Origin: Desulfobacterales bacterium | Lineage (GTDB): Bacteria > Desulfobacterota > Desulfobacteria > Desulfobacterales > UBA2174 | Direction: 5' to 3' | DNA length: 64,000 nucleotides | Assembly (NCBI GenBank): GCA_963668645.2 | Contig: CAXXWC010000018.1 | Location: 256,001 to 320,000 of the forward strand | Notes under the pieces: model-generated | The model's input: the letters and a program-made list of their open reading frames with translations, nothing else | Database searches by the model: none | Told to the model about the DNA's origin: nothing | Program-made: the position numbers and the translations under genes | Shown: positions 49,690-60,007 of the stretch, piece by piece | Layout: each line of letters begins with the position of its first letter | How positions within the stretch are numbered: the stretch's first letter is position 1

Positions 49690-50462
49690 TTAGCGACCGT
49701 CTGCGGGACAATCTGCAGCGGCTCAAGCTCACCCAGGCGGCTGATGTTCTGGACTCGGTCCTCTCCCAGGCCGAGGCCGAAAAGGGCTCGTACCTGTCGT
49801 TCCTCGACCACCTGCTGGAGGAGGAAGTCGCGGCCAAGGAAAAGCGCCGGGTGCAAACCGCCATGAAAACCGCCGGCTTGCCGGCCGCCAAAACCATCGA
49901 CGCCTACGACTTTACTTTCCATCCGGATCTGAACAAAAAGGAGGTGATGACCCTGTTCGATTTGGACTTTATCGCCAAGCATGAAAATGTGATCTTTCTC
50001 GGGCCGCCGGGGGTGGGTAAAACCCATCTGGCCATCTCGCTGGCGACCAAAGCGTGCCATCACGGTTTCAAGGTCTATTTCACCACGATGGACACGCTGA
50101 TGCGCAAGCTCAAGGAATCGCAGTCCCGGCACAAGGCCTATCTGACCTCGCCGCTGGTGGTGGTCGACGAGGTGGGCTATCTGCCCATCGACAGCCGGGA
50201 GGCGTATCTGTTCTTCCAGTTCGTCTCCCATCGCTACGAGCGCAGCTCGACGATCATTACCTCGAACAAGAGCTTTATCGACTGGAAGGAACTGTTCGGC
50301 GACCAGGTGATCGCCACGGCCATTCTCGACCGGCTGCTGCACCACTGCCGCGTGGTCAACATCAAAGGACACAGCTATCGGCTCAGGAAACACAATTTTT
50401 CAAAGAACGAGTTCGGACGCCACCCGGTTCCGCCGGCAGCGGCCCAGGAGGCACGGAATTAA
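49677..50462 (+). CDS. istB: IS21 helper ATPase
   Basis: GPPGVGKTH, VVDEVGYLP, TSNK, AILDRLLHH. Confidence 0.95.
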   Translation: MDQLISDRLRDNLQRLKLTQAADVLDSVLSQAEAEKGSYLSFLDHLLEEEVAAKEKRRVQTAMKTAGLPAAKTIDAYDFTFHPDLNKKEVMTLFDLDFIAKHENVIFLGPPGVGKTHLAISLATKACHHGFKVYFTTMDTLMRKLKESQSRHKAYLTSPLVVVDEVGYLPIDSREAYLFFQFVSHRYERSSTIITSNKSFIDWKELFGDQVIATAILDRLLHHCRVVNIKGHSYRLRKHNFSKNEFGRHPVPPAAAQEARN

Positions 50463-50522
50463 CCAGCGCGGTGGTACACTTTTATTTTCCCATAACTGGT
50501 ACACTTTTCATTCCCATTGACA

Positions 50523-50750
50523 CCTGTGGCCCAGGCCGAGGCCAAAAAGACTCATATCTGAACTTTCTTGATCGAGAAGTCGCCGTTAAAAAAAACGCGA
50601 TGTCTGGGCGGCCATGAAGACCGCGGGGCTTCCGGTCACCCAGACTTGAGAAAAAATCAGGTCCTGTTCAAACTGGATTTTATCACTCTGTACGAAAACA
50701 TGATTTTCTCTGACCGCCGGGTGTGGGAAAAACCCATCTGGCCATCTCGT
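50523..50750 (+). pseudogene. Older degenerate IS21 remnant, right part (istB continuation)
   Basis: CCCAGGCCGAGGCC, GCCATGAAGACCGC, AAAACCCATCTGGCCATCTCG match intact istB, with deletions. Confidence 0.85.
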
Positions 50751-50783
50751 AAAAAAAAAAATACACGTCTTCGCAGGTAAATA

Positions 50784-52310
50784 TTAGATAATTTTATCAA
50801 CCATATAATTTAGTTTTTTATTGGAATTTTCCAGCAATACTCTCTTTGATGATATAAATTGTTTTCTTTCTTCTATTTTCTTGATACGGTTTTTTATCAT
50901 TCTTTTCACTTCACTAGGTGCAGGTCCTCCTCGAAGCTTACGCACCATAACATTATTTAGCGGATCAAGTGCCATTTCGACCAAACTCGAATCAATGGAT
51001 ATCTTTTGCCCAGTATATTCATTTATGCACTCTTCAATTAAATCAGAAGAAATGTTTTTCGCTTTTTTGCCATTGTTCAAAGTTTTTTTGATCGACAGCC
51101 CGACAACTTCATGGGCGGTCCTGAAAGGCAGATCATATTCCTTTACAAGCATATCGGCAATTTCGGTTGCAGTAGAAAATCCATCCTCTGTCAATTGATA
51201 CATCCTGGATTTATTGATTTTAATTGATTTTAATAATCCACCAAAAAGAATTATCATGTTTATTACTTTTTCAGCCGTATCATGATGGTCCTTTTCTAAT
51301 AGAGTAATTTCTCTTCCATTGCACCAAGGTAAGGCTTTGAGGATAGATAAGGCATTAAATAGCTTCCCATATATAATCGGGTTAAGGGCTCGTATGCACT
51401 CCAGGCTCACAGCATTTTTTTTCTGAGGCATAATACTGCTAAACGATGTATATTCATCTGCAAGCTCAACCATGTCAAATTCAAAAGTAGTCCACAGGAG
51501 AAAATTTTCTGCCATTCGTCCTAGCTCACAAGTTATTTCTGAAATGATAAATAAATATTCTATTAAATAATCCCTACTGCTGATTGCATCGTACCCATGT
51601 TCATGAACATCCTCAAAACCGAGTAAATCAGCAACCAACTCGCGATCTAGATCAAAACTGGTCGTTGCGAGGGCTGCCGCCCCCATTGGACAAAGGTTCA
51701 AACGAGTCCATAAATTTTCAAATCTTTGCATATCTCTGTAAAAGACATCGAAATTGCCCATCAAAAAATATCCGAATGTGATTGGCTGTGCATGACGGCT
51801 ATGGTGAGTGTAGCCAGGCATAACAGTTTCTATATTTTGCTCACTCATGCTTAGCAGTATTTTTTCAAATTCATACAACGATTCCAAAATATTCAATACT
51901 TCTTCTCTAATCACCATTTTGGATACTGTTGCATTTATATCATTTCGGCTTCTCCCAACATTTATTTTCCCACCGCAGTTCACTCCGGTTTTTTCGATTA
52001 CAAATTGCTCCAAGCAAACAACCAGGTCACCATATTTAAAGTCCAATGGAACTACATTTTCAGCCCCATCATGCTCTATGTTTCTGAATATTTTCAAAAT
52101 TCTTTTGGCATCATTCATATCGATAATATTCTGCTTTAAAAGCATTACAATATGTGCGTAATTTATATCGATAAGATGCTGGGCACTATGATATTCAACC
52201 TTTTTATCATCCCCTGACAATTTAACCAGAATATCTGCGTGAAGCTTTTCTAGTCGAGTTCCCCGAGCCATACCTTTATTCTTATTCCCATCCATTTTAG
52301 CTATATCCAT
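50784..52310 (-). CDS. Argininosuccinate-lyase-like C-N lyase (aspartase/fumarase superfamily)
   Basis: GRSRND, MPGYTH, SSIMPQKKN, PFRTAH; AT-rich, catabolic context. Confidence 0.85.
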   Translation of the reverse strand: MDIAKMDGNKNKGMARGTRLEKLHADILVKLSGDDKKVEYHSAQHLIDINYAHIVMLLKQNIIDMNDAKRILKIFRNIEHDGAENVVPLDFKYGDLVVCLEQFVIEKTGVNCGGKINVGRSRNDINATVSKMVIREEVLNILESLYEFEKILLSMSEQNIETVMPGYTHHSRHAQPITFGYFLMGNFDVFYRDMQRFENLWTRLNLCPMGAAALATTSFDLDRELVADLLGFEDVHEHGYDAISSRDYLIEYLFIISEITCELGRMAENFLLWTTFEFDMVELADEYTSFSSIMPQKKNAVSLECIRALNPIIYGKLFNALSILKALPWCNGREITLLEKDHHDTAEKVINMIILFGGLLKSIKINKSRMYQLTEDGFSTATEIADMLVKEYDLPFRTAHEVVGLSIKKTLNNGKKAKNISSDLIEECINEYTGQKISIDSSLVEMALDPLNNVMVRKLRGGPAPSEVKRMIKNRIKKIEERKQFISSKRVLLENSNKKLNYMVDKII

Positions 52311-52446
52311 TTCTAATTTGATCGTTATTTGTTGAAGTCATCTGCCTGGTTGAAAGTCAGGCACAATCAAAGTTGCCCTTATTTTAGCATTTCACACGGT
52401 TTTTTTTTAAAGCCCTTTTTCGAGCGATAAATTCGACACAATCATT

Positions 52447-52481
52447 GGCAATCCCCTGCTGTAGTGCTGCAGGGGATTGCC
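52447..52481. terminator. 13-bp stem-loop downstream of tctC
   Basis: GGCAATCCCCTGC / GCAGGGGATTGCC. Confidence 0.55.
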
Positions 52482-52547
52482 GCCAATAGTATCGCTGGCT
52501 TTTTTGTTTTTATCTAAGCTATTAGATTTTCGGTAATTTCCTTGTTG

Positions 52548-53516
52548 CTACTTATTTTCAACATTTTTAATCTGATCGAGGGTTTTGTGCAGAAATTCAT
52601 CATACTTTTCACCAGTCATATAATCAAAAACCAGCCCGCCCTTTTGAAGCGCTTTTTGGATTCCTTCATCCTTCAAACTTCTTTCGAAAGCACTCCTTAA
52701 AATCTCTAATCTATCACGAGGAACTTTTGAACTCGTAACAAATCCGTCATATGAGGCAAAAGTCGCTTCACCATACCCCAACTCTTTCAAAGTAGTAACA
52801 TCCGGCAATACATCCACTCGATCTTCTGTTGTGACCGCAAGAGCATCCAAATTTCCTGAATTAATATTCGAGGAGGCTGTGGCTGTCGTAACAAAAGCGA
52901 TATCTACATGCCCTCCCATTGCTGCCAGCATAGCCTTTGCACCTCCTTTAAAAGGGACATGCTTTATCTTAACGCCAGCAGCTTGGCAAAAAAGTTCTCC
53001 GGCAATATGCGAAGAGCTGTTTACACCCCATGAACCGAACGTTAACTTATTAGGATTCTTTTTTGCTTCTTCCGCTATTTCTTTCAGACTTTTATAGCGA
53101 TTTTTTTTAGAAATAATGACTAAGGGGTTTTTTACCGCCTTTGCAATTGATGAAAAATTTTCTAATGAATATGGTATCTTGTCGTTCGTCGCAATAACCG
53201 AACCAAGATTCGAGGCTCCACCTGTAAGAAGAGTATAACCATCATCGGTTTTGGAAACATATTCTGCTGCGACCGAACCGCCTGCTCCAGGTTTATTGAC
53301 TATTATTACAGGAACTTTCAAATACTCCGAAGCTTTTCCACCTACGATTCTGGCCATAAGATCGGAAGAGCCCCCAGGAGAATAGCAGACAACAAGCTCG
53401 ATTTCCCTGTTTGGAAAATCATCGGCTCTACAATCAACACTGCCAGCTACTAATTCGAAAATAATAGCGAATACCAGCATTCCATAGATTAAAATATTTT
53501 TTTTAAAAAACGTCAT
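52548..53516 (-). CDS. tctC: Tripartite tricarboxylate transporter substrate-binding protein
   Basis: PGGSSDLMAR, NKPGAGG, HVPFKGG, GGHVD. Confidence 0.92.
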   Translation of the reverse strand: MTFFKKNILIYGMLVFAIIFELVAGSVDCRADDFPNREIELVVCYSPGGSSDLMARIVGGKASEYLKVPVIIVNKPGAGGSVAAEYVSKTDDGYTLLTGGASNLGSVIATNDKIPYSLENFSSIAKAVKNPLVIISKKNRYKSLKEIAEEAKKNPNKLTFGSWGVNSSSHIAGELFCQAAGVKIKHVPFKGGAKAMLAAMGGHVDIAFVTTATASSNINSGNLDALAVTTEDRVDVLPDVTTLKELGYGEATFASYDGFVTSSKVPRDRLEILRSAFERSLKDEGIQKALQKGGLVFDYMTGEKYDEFLHKTLDQIKNVENK

Positions 53517-53660
53517 TTTGACTCCCCTTTTTTAGTTCTATATTTATTGTTTATATAATTACAATCGACTGCACGGAGACTGTATCGAGTATCACCTCCT
53601 TTCACGTAGACTAATTTCGATCACATGCTTTTAGGGTCATCACTATGCCTGATTTTTACT

Positions 53661-55169
53661 TTATTCATAATCCGAAAATGCCGGACGACTTTTGCCGAAT
53701 ATTTTTAATGCCATTGGCGATATAAGAATTACCAAAGCCAATATAAAAAGAACCCCTGATATCGGACGGGTTATAAATATCATCGGGTTCCCATCTGAAA
53801 TAGTAAGAGACTGTCTTAGAGCCGTCTCAAACATTGGCCCAAGCACCATAGCCATAATTAAAGGAGCTGGTTCATAATCAAACTTTTTCATTAAATAGCC
53901 AAGTATACCAAACATGATCATAATGAAAGGGTCCCAAATATTATTATTTAATGTATATGACCCTATTAATGTTAATAGAAGAATAATTGGAAATAATATT
54001 GAATACCTTATTCGCAATATCTGAATCCATAGAGGTATTAATGGAAGGTTGAGAACTAACAACATGGCGTTACCGATATACATGCTTCCAATTATGCCCC
54101 AAAAAAGCCTTGGATGTTCGGCCATTAGCAGTGGACCTGGCTGAACCCCCTTAAGCATAAGAGCACCTATCAATATTGCCATTACAACATTGCATGGTAT
54201 CCCGAGTGTTAAAAGAGGTATAAATGATCCTTGGCCGCCCGCATTGTTCGCACTTTCCGGTCCTGCGACGCCTTCAATAACTCCCGTACCAAATTTTTCT
54301 GGATATTTGGAAATCTTTTTCTCCATTGCATAAGAAAAAAGGCCGCTGATCAACCCTCCGCCACCAGGTAAGATACCCAAAAAAAATCCGACAACCGAGC
54401 CTCTTATTATTGGCCACGTCGATTTTTTCCAATCGTTTAGGCTTGGAAAGAAATTTTTGATTTTTGATTGATATATTTCGTTGTCAGCAGAACCCTGTTC
54501 GATATTGATCAACACTTCCGAAACCCCGAATAATCCCATCATAACCGGAATTAAGCCAATACCGTCCCGCAATTTTAATGTGGCAAAAGTGTATCGTGGT
54601 TCTCCCGTGACACTGTCGAGACCTATGCATCCCAGCAATAATCCTACCGCCCCCATTGTTAAGGCTTTTATCAGCGATCCACGAGCCAGATATGTAACTA
54701 ATGTTAATCCAAAAAATGTTAATGCCACATATTCAGGCGGTCCGAATTTAATCGCCGTTTTAACTAAAATCGGCGACATGATCATCATCATAACAATACT
54801 AAAAGTCCCCGCTATGAATGAACCGATGGCCGAAATACTCAATGCAACCCCTGCACGACCCTGTTTAGCCATTTGATGGCCGTCAAGGCATGTGATCATT
54901 GATGTACCTTCCCCAGGCACATTGAGCAATATCGATGTGGTAGAACCGCCATACAAGGTTCCGTAAAAAATACCTGACAGCATTATTATGCCATGCGTGG
55001 GGGAAAGAGAAAAAGTAGTGGGAAGCAAAAGTGCCATTGCCCCAGAGGTTCCAAGGCCTGGAAGAACTCCTACCAAAGTGCCGACCAACACCCCGATAAA
55101 GCAAACAAAAATGCTTGTTGGCTCAAGGGCAATGCTAAAAGCAAGGGATAAATTATGAAAAAAATCCAA
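53661..55169 (-). CDS. tctA: TTT large permease
   Basis: GVLPGLG, YGGS..SILLNVPG, PESANNA, LTLGIP. Confidence 0.93.
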   Translation of the reverse strand: MDFFHNLSLAFSIALEPTSIFVCFIGVLVGTLVGVLPGLGTSGAMALLLPTTFSLSPTHGIIMLSGIFYGTLYGGSTTSILLNVPGEGTSMITCLDGHQMAKQGRAGVALSISAIGSFIAGTFSIVMMMIMSPILVKTAIKFGPPEYVALTFFGLTLVTYLARGSLIKALTMGAVGLLLGCIGLDSVTGEPRYTFATLKLRDGIGLIPVMMGLFGVSEVLINIEQGSADNEIYQSKIKNFFPSLNDWKKSTWPIIRGSVVGFFLGILPGGGGLISGLFSYAMEKKISKYPEKFGTGVIEGVAGPESANNAGGQGSFIPLLTLGIPCNVVMAILIGALMLKGVQPGPLLMAEHPRLFWGIIGSMYIGNAMLLVLNLPLIPLWIQILRIRYSILFPIILLLTLIGSYTLNNNIWDPFIMIMFGILGYLMKKFDYEPAPLIMAMVLGPMFETALRQSLTISDGNPMIFITRPISGVLFILALVILISPMALKIFGKSRPAFSDYE

Positions 55170-55178
55170 AACGCCTCC

Positions 55179-55652
55179 TTATATTCCAAAAATTCCTTTC
55201 GGGAATCTGACGTGCAAAAGATAGACGAATAAAATATATGATAGAACCGTTATTAAAATGGATATCTTGAAGATTGTGGCCCACTTTTTAGGTTCAAAAA
55301 CTTTTAATAAAAAAATCGTAAAAATCAGAGTGGAAAGAAAATAACCTAATTTTTCAAAAACCACCTGATAAAATATCAGTGAAAAAACAACACCGAAAAC
55401 TCTTCTCAAACTCTCTTTTTCCGGGAAAAAATTCTGATTGCCTCCGCTTTTTGCCTTCTCCATGGTTATCGAAGATATGAATGTTATCGTTGACAGAAAA
55501 ATTAATATTATACTTGCAATTAATGGAAACAGCCCTGCAAGAGGGCCGGATTCGTTATATAATCCTAGTTTGATCGAGCCATACAAGAATACAAACCCGA
55601 CAAAGATCCCAACCCCACCGCTTATGCTATCCTTTTTAACCATTTTAACCAT
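55179..55652 (-). CDS. tctB: TTT small permease
   Basis: 4 TM helices, GP..GLFP, C-terminal FPKG; directly upstream of tctA. Confidence 0.85.
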   Translation of the reverse strand: MVKMVKKDSISGGVGIFVGFVFLYGSIKLGLYNESGPLAGLFPLIASIILIFLSTITFISSITMEKAKSGGNQNFFPEKESLRRVFGVVFSLIFYQVVFEKLGYFLSTLIFTIFLLKVFEPKKWATIFKISILITVLSYILFVYLLHVRFPKGIFGI

Positions 55653-56067
55653 AATAAGAACCGTTACTTTGTTTGGGTTTTATCATGATGGAATATCAAA
55701 ATAGTCCTGATAACCACTGTGCACACTGACCACAAGGTGGTCGCTCTAACTTTTGCTCTGCAAAACAAGATAACGCAGAGTAAAAGTTAGAATTGATAGA
55801 ATCATACTCATTTGAGTCTGTCAATATAAATATTCATTCATCTTCGATTTTCACTCCTTTTCTCAATACTTCAAAATCTCAAATATATACGTCTTGAACG
55901 CCATTTGCTTGGCGGTTAAGGGGTGAGAAAATTTATTTTAAATCTCCTCCATAAAACCTACGAAATTCCGATAATATGCTCGATTGACAAAACTCTTGTT
56001 AGAAATCAACTTATGAAACAGAAAGTGGTTTTAAAAAATTTGAGCTATAACATTTGTTCGGTGCAAA

Positions 56068-58881
56068 TCAGCGCGTACACTCCTCAACCAGGTATAAAAT
56101 GGAAGAAAAAACGACCCCGCTTTCTTCCGAAAGGCCGATCTCGCAGGTGCGGCTGGTTGAAAAACCCCGTTTTGCTTCAACTGGAAAATTTTCATGCAGG
56201 TTCCGTAATCCATGACGATTGAGTTCCGGACGTAAAAAACCTCGGTCTCCCGCGAAACCACAGCAATTGGTTTTTGTGGATACCACTCTTTTTGCACACA
56301 TCTCTGCAAGTATGATCAACTTCTTCTCGATCCCCATTTTTTTAACGCTGCATACAGGATGTATCACAACGGTTTCCATTTTCTGATGAAAGGTCAGATG
56401 CGGGGATAGAAGCGACAGCACAAGTCCGGTAGGATCGTAAAACTTTAATTTTGGGGAAAGGGTTTCTTTCATGTGAAGCAGGCAGGGACTCGTGTCGCAA
56501 AAGATCGGAAATTTTCCGTTTTGCGAAACCTTCAGCAGGGCCGCTTCCATCTCCCTTTCCCTTTGCCGGGCGGCATCTGCCTGCCCCTTGGAGGCAAAGG
56601 CCAGCCCGCAGCAAAGGGAGTTCACCTTTTCCGGAAAATGGAGGGTGTATCCCGCACGCAGGCACAGTTTTTCCACGACTCGAATGAGACTTTGCCGGTG
56701 GTCTGCTGCATAAGGGTCCTCGCCCATCGTACGGTTGATGCAAGAGGGTATGTAAACGATATTACCGTTTGGGCCTAAAGTTTGGTGTTGCTTGAAGGGG
56801 ATTTTAGTTTTTTGAGGGCCCGGCATGTGTGACATCCACCGGGGCGTGTTTTGCCCGGAAAGCTTGCGTGAAACTTCTCCTGCGGCTTTCATCGTATCAT
56901 CACCGATACATGAGGCGATGCGGCTAATGCCGCGAAGCGAGAGCCGGCCGGCGGCAGTTACCGGTGCCATGTGATCGCCGATGCCCTTTCCGATCAACCG
57001 TGATAGGGAACCCGTGTTCTGGCTGCGAAGCTTTTTGACGAAACTGCCCGTGTTGATCCCTGATGGACAGGCCAGGGAACAGAGCCCGTCAGTGGCACAG
57101 GTCTCCATCACAAGGTAGGGGATATCCTTTTCCAACTGCTTAAGAAAGGCATTGTCCTCGCCGCTTTCTTTCAACCAGGCCATATAGCGCAGCAGGACGA
57201 TTCGCTGACGGGCCGAAAGGCTAAGACCGTCGGAAACGCAGAACCGTTCACAAAATCCACATTCGATGCACTGGTCCACCATGGGGTCCACGAGGGAGAA
57301 ATGCTTCAAATTGCGAACATGGATTTCGGGATCATCGTTTAGGATGACCCCCGGATTGAGAATTCTTTGCGGATCGAAGATCTCCTTGATCTCTTCCATA
57401 ATGCCGTATATGGCGTCTCCCCATTCCTTGCGGACAAAGGGGGCCATGTTACGGCCGGTTCCATGTTCGGCTTTGAACGAACCGCCGTACTTCCCGGCCA
57501 CAATATCGGTCATCTCCTCCATGAAGCGCTGGTAGTGTTTGACTTCCTTGTCGGATGCGAAGTTAACAATGATGTTGAAATGCAGATTTCCGGCCAGAAC
57601 ATGCCCGAAGACGACCGCCTCTTCGTATCGATAGCGATCGAAGAGCCAGTGCAGGTCCTTTACCGCATCTTTGATCTGTTCGGGGAAAACGGCGATGTCT
57701 TCGGTCACCATGATGCTGCCGGGGGAAGCCTTTGCGAAAATAATCGGATCGAACCCATCCCGAACCTCCCAGATCCTGCATCGCTCCGATTCGTCGGAAC
57801 AGAAGGAGACCGGTTGTGGCATGGGAATCTTTGCGAGCGCTGCCTTGATTTGCGAGACTTGTTCAGCCAATTTCTCATGGTCGGTTGCCTGGGTTTCCAC
57901 CAGAAGCGCGGCCGCGTTCGGTCCCAGTGTTTTTAAAAAGTCCGGTATACCGGGCAGGTCCTCCACGGCAGCGACGGTGCGCCGATCCATCAGCTCAACG
58001 ATAGCGACATTGCATTTGCGAAGTATCGAAACCACCTCGCAGGCATCTTGCAGATCGTCAAAGCCAAGCAGTGACGTTGCTTTCTCTGGCAAGTCTTCAA
58101 TCGTGTTCAGAGTGACCTCTGAAATAAACCCCAGGGTCCCTTCTGAACCCACCATGAGATGTTCGATGATATCCACCGGGTCATCGAAATCGAGCAGTGC
58201 GTTAACAGCGTATCCAGTGGTGTTTTTAATACTGAATTTCCTTTTGATTTTTTCCCGGATATCGGAAGATTCCATCACCCTGGATCGCAACGACAGCAGC
58301 CGCTCGGCTATCTGGTGGTGGGAAGCAAGAAATTGCTTACGGCTCGCTTCGTTTCCGGTGTCGAGTATCGAACCGTCAGTGAAGACAATGCGCATGCTCG
58401 AAACGGTATTATAGGAATTGAAAGCGGTGCCGCAGGTCATGCCTGAGGAGTTGTTGGCGACAATGCCGGCAATCGTGGCCGACTGAATGGACGCCGGGTC
58501 CGGGCCAATCTTCCTGCCGTAGGCGGACAGCGCGCGATTGGCCTCTCCACCGGTAATGCCCATCCCCAAGGTGATTTTCCGACCCTGCTCGGTGATATCG
58601 CACCGGTTCCAGTCGTCTGTCAACATCACCAAAATCGAGTCGGTGATTGCCTGGCCGGAGAGGCTGGTGCCGCTTCCCCGAAAGGTGAGGGGAGCGGCCA
58701 ACAGCCGGCAGGTGCGTAACAGGGTTTGGACTTCCGCCTCCGTGGCGAGTTGCACTGATAATTGAGGAATAAGGCGATAAAATCCCCCATCGGTGCCATA
58801 GGCGAGTAGTCGTGGCCTGTTGGTGATAAAGTGGCCTCCAGGGATCGCCTTTTGCAGCTTCTCAAGCAAATGCGTTTTCAT
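56068..58881 (-). CDS. FAD-binding and Fe-S 2-hydroxyacid (D-lactate) dehydrogenase, Dld-II-like
   Basis: FRGSGTSLSGQA, GSEGTLGF, KAEHGTGR, CIECGFCE, two CCG domains. Confidence 0.9.
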   Translation of the reverse strand: MKTHLLEKLQKAIPGGHFITNRPRLLAYGTDGGFYRLIPQLSVQLATEAEVQTLLRTCRLLAAPLTFRGSGTSLSGQAITDSILVMLTDDWNRCDITEQGRKITLGMGITGGEANRALSAYGRKIGPDPASIQSATIAGIVANNSSGMTCGTAFNSYNTVSSMRIVFTDGSILDTGNEASRKQFLASHHQIAERLLSLRSRVMESSDIREKIKRKFSIKNTTGYAVNALLDFDDPVDIIEHLMVGSEGTLGFISEVTLNTIEDLPEKATSLLGFDDLQDACEVVSILRKCNVAIVELMDRRTVAAVEDLPGIPDFLKTLGPNAAALLVETQATDHEKLAEQVSQIKAALAKIPMPQPVSFCSDESERCRIWEVRDGFDPIIFAKASPGSIMVTEDIAVFPEQIKDAVKDLHWLFDRYRYEEAVVFGHVLAGNLHFNIIVNFASDKEVKHYQRFMEEMTDIVAGKYGGSFKAEHGTGRNMAPFVRKEWGDAIYGIMEEIKEIFDPQRILNPGVILNDDPEIHVRNLKHFSLVDPMVDQCIECGFCERFCVSDGLSLSARQRIVLLRYMAWLKESGEDNAFLKQLEKDIPYLVMETCATDGLCSLACPSGINTGSFVKKLRSQNTGSLSRLIGKGIGDHMAPVTAAGRLSLRGISRIASCIGDDTMKAAGEVSRKLSGQNTPRWMSHMPGPQKTKIPFKQHQTLGPNGNIVYIPSCINRTMGEDPYAADHRQSLIRVVEKLCLRAGYTLHFPEKVNSLCCGLAFASKGQADAARQREREMEAALLKVSQNGKFPIFCDTSPCLLHMKETLSPKLKFYDPTGLVLSLLSPHLTFHQKMETVVIHPVCSVKKMGIEKKLIILAEMCAKRVVSTKTNCCGFAGDRGFLRPELNRHGLRNLHENFPVEAKRGFSTSRTCEIGLSEESGVVFSSILYLVEECTR

Positions 58882-58955
58882 ATTTGGTCCCGGACCTCGT
58901 CAGCCCGTCACGGAGGCGGCCGCCCGCGATCAACCGTCGGGGCGACCGCATGCAG

Positions 58956-59906
58956 CTATTCAACGACGGGCAACACGAGATCCGCCGGTCCCTTTTTCGA
59001 CGTTTTTAATTGTGGAGCGTGGCGTTGCATCAACTCCTGGACCACTTGGGCTATCTTGACTTTTTCGCGGACCAACTCTTGGTGAAACGATTCAAAGGCC
59101 CAGGGTTTGTAGATATCACCCTCGGAGGTTCCCGGCTCGATCTTGAAATAGACCGGTGCGGCCACTCGTGCAATTTCCGGTGCCTCATAAGCCCGATACA
59201 TCCCCCCGAAGGCATCGACGATGATAACATAGACATCCAGAGGCACGTCGACCGTCTTGCGGATTGACGATAAGATCGGCAATGAGACATCGGACAGCGG
59301 GTTGATTGAATTGACCCCCATCGACTCGATGACCTTGGCTCCGGCCGCACTGCAGTAGCCGCCGAAAACCGAGAATTTGAATATGGTCTCGGATGGAATT
59401 AATCCTTCTTTTCTCATCTTATCGATAAGGTACAAAACGCCTTCGTCATAAACCAGAAATCCGCGCACCCCGGCTTCGATGTTTCGCATCATATCTGCGA
59501 TGTGATAGGAAACGTTATCGGAGCCTCTCAAACGGAAGCCCTGCATTTGACCCTCAGGCGTGGGCATTTCCTTTGAACCCGGATCCCAACCCTTTCGGTG
59601 CCCGACAACCATAACAAGCTCGATCTGTTCATCGTGGGCCATCTGAGCCATGGCCTTTAATTCCTCAAAATCGCAGTAAGTCGAGCCACCCACGGTGGCG
59701 ATGGCCCGGTGAACGGTTACATCGCGTTTTTTGGCTTCGTCGATCATCGCCTCCATCGTACTGGCCCGTTCAATGCCGGCGATTTCGATACGCCAATGGG
59801 CACCATCCGGGAACGACTTTGGCGAGTCGGCAAGATCGTACCCGTCTCTTCCTGGAATTCCCTCCTTCTCCATAAAATCACGTATCTTTTTCAGCACATC
59901 TGACAT
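58956..59906 (-). CDS. Uncharacterised TIM-barrel protein (peptidase U32-like)
   Basis: GVRGFLVYDEGVL, FKFSV..G, PLDVY, APVYFKIEPG; GGAGG RBS before ATG 59906. Confidence 0.6.
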   Translation of the reverse strand: MSDVLKKIRDFMEKEGIPGRDGYDLADSPKSFPDGAHWRIEIAGIERASTMEAMIDEAKKRDVTVHRAIATVGGSTYCDFEELKAMAQMAHDEQIELVMVVGHRKGWDPGSKEMPTPEGQMQGFRLRGSDNVSYHIADMMRNIEAGVRGFLVYDEGVLYLIDKMRKEGLIPSETIFKFSVFGGYCSAAGAKVIESMGVNSINPLSDVSLPILSSIRKTVDVPLDVYVIIVDAFGGMYRAYEAPEIARVAAPVYFKIEPGTSEGDIYKPWAFESFHQELVREKVKIAQVVQELMQRHAPQLKTSKKGPADLVLPVVE

Positions 59907-60007
59907 GAAAGCCTCCAAATGAGTGTTTTTCGATGTATGCTCGTGCATACCTTATTGTGATGCTTAACTTTTCAAAAATTCCAAGATTTAAGTTTCTATC
60001 CCGATCC

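Larger units (their letters stand above)
48314..50522 (+). mobile_element. Intact IS21-family element with 5-bp target duplication CCTGT
   Basis: Ends TGTCACTGGTAATG... / ...CATTCCCATTGACA with internal repeated AAAGTGTACCA-type motifs; CCTGT at 48309-48313 and 50523-50527. Confidence 0.95.

Noticed and set aside
53589..53603. Strong SD-like AAAGGAGGTGA on the minus strand between tctA and tctC
   Set aside because: No properly spaced start codon or credible ORF follows; tctC has its own RBS
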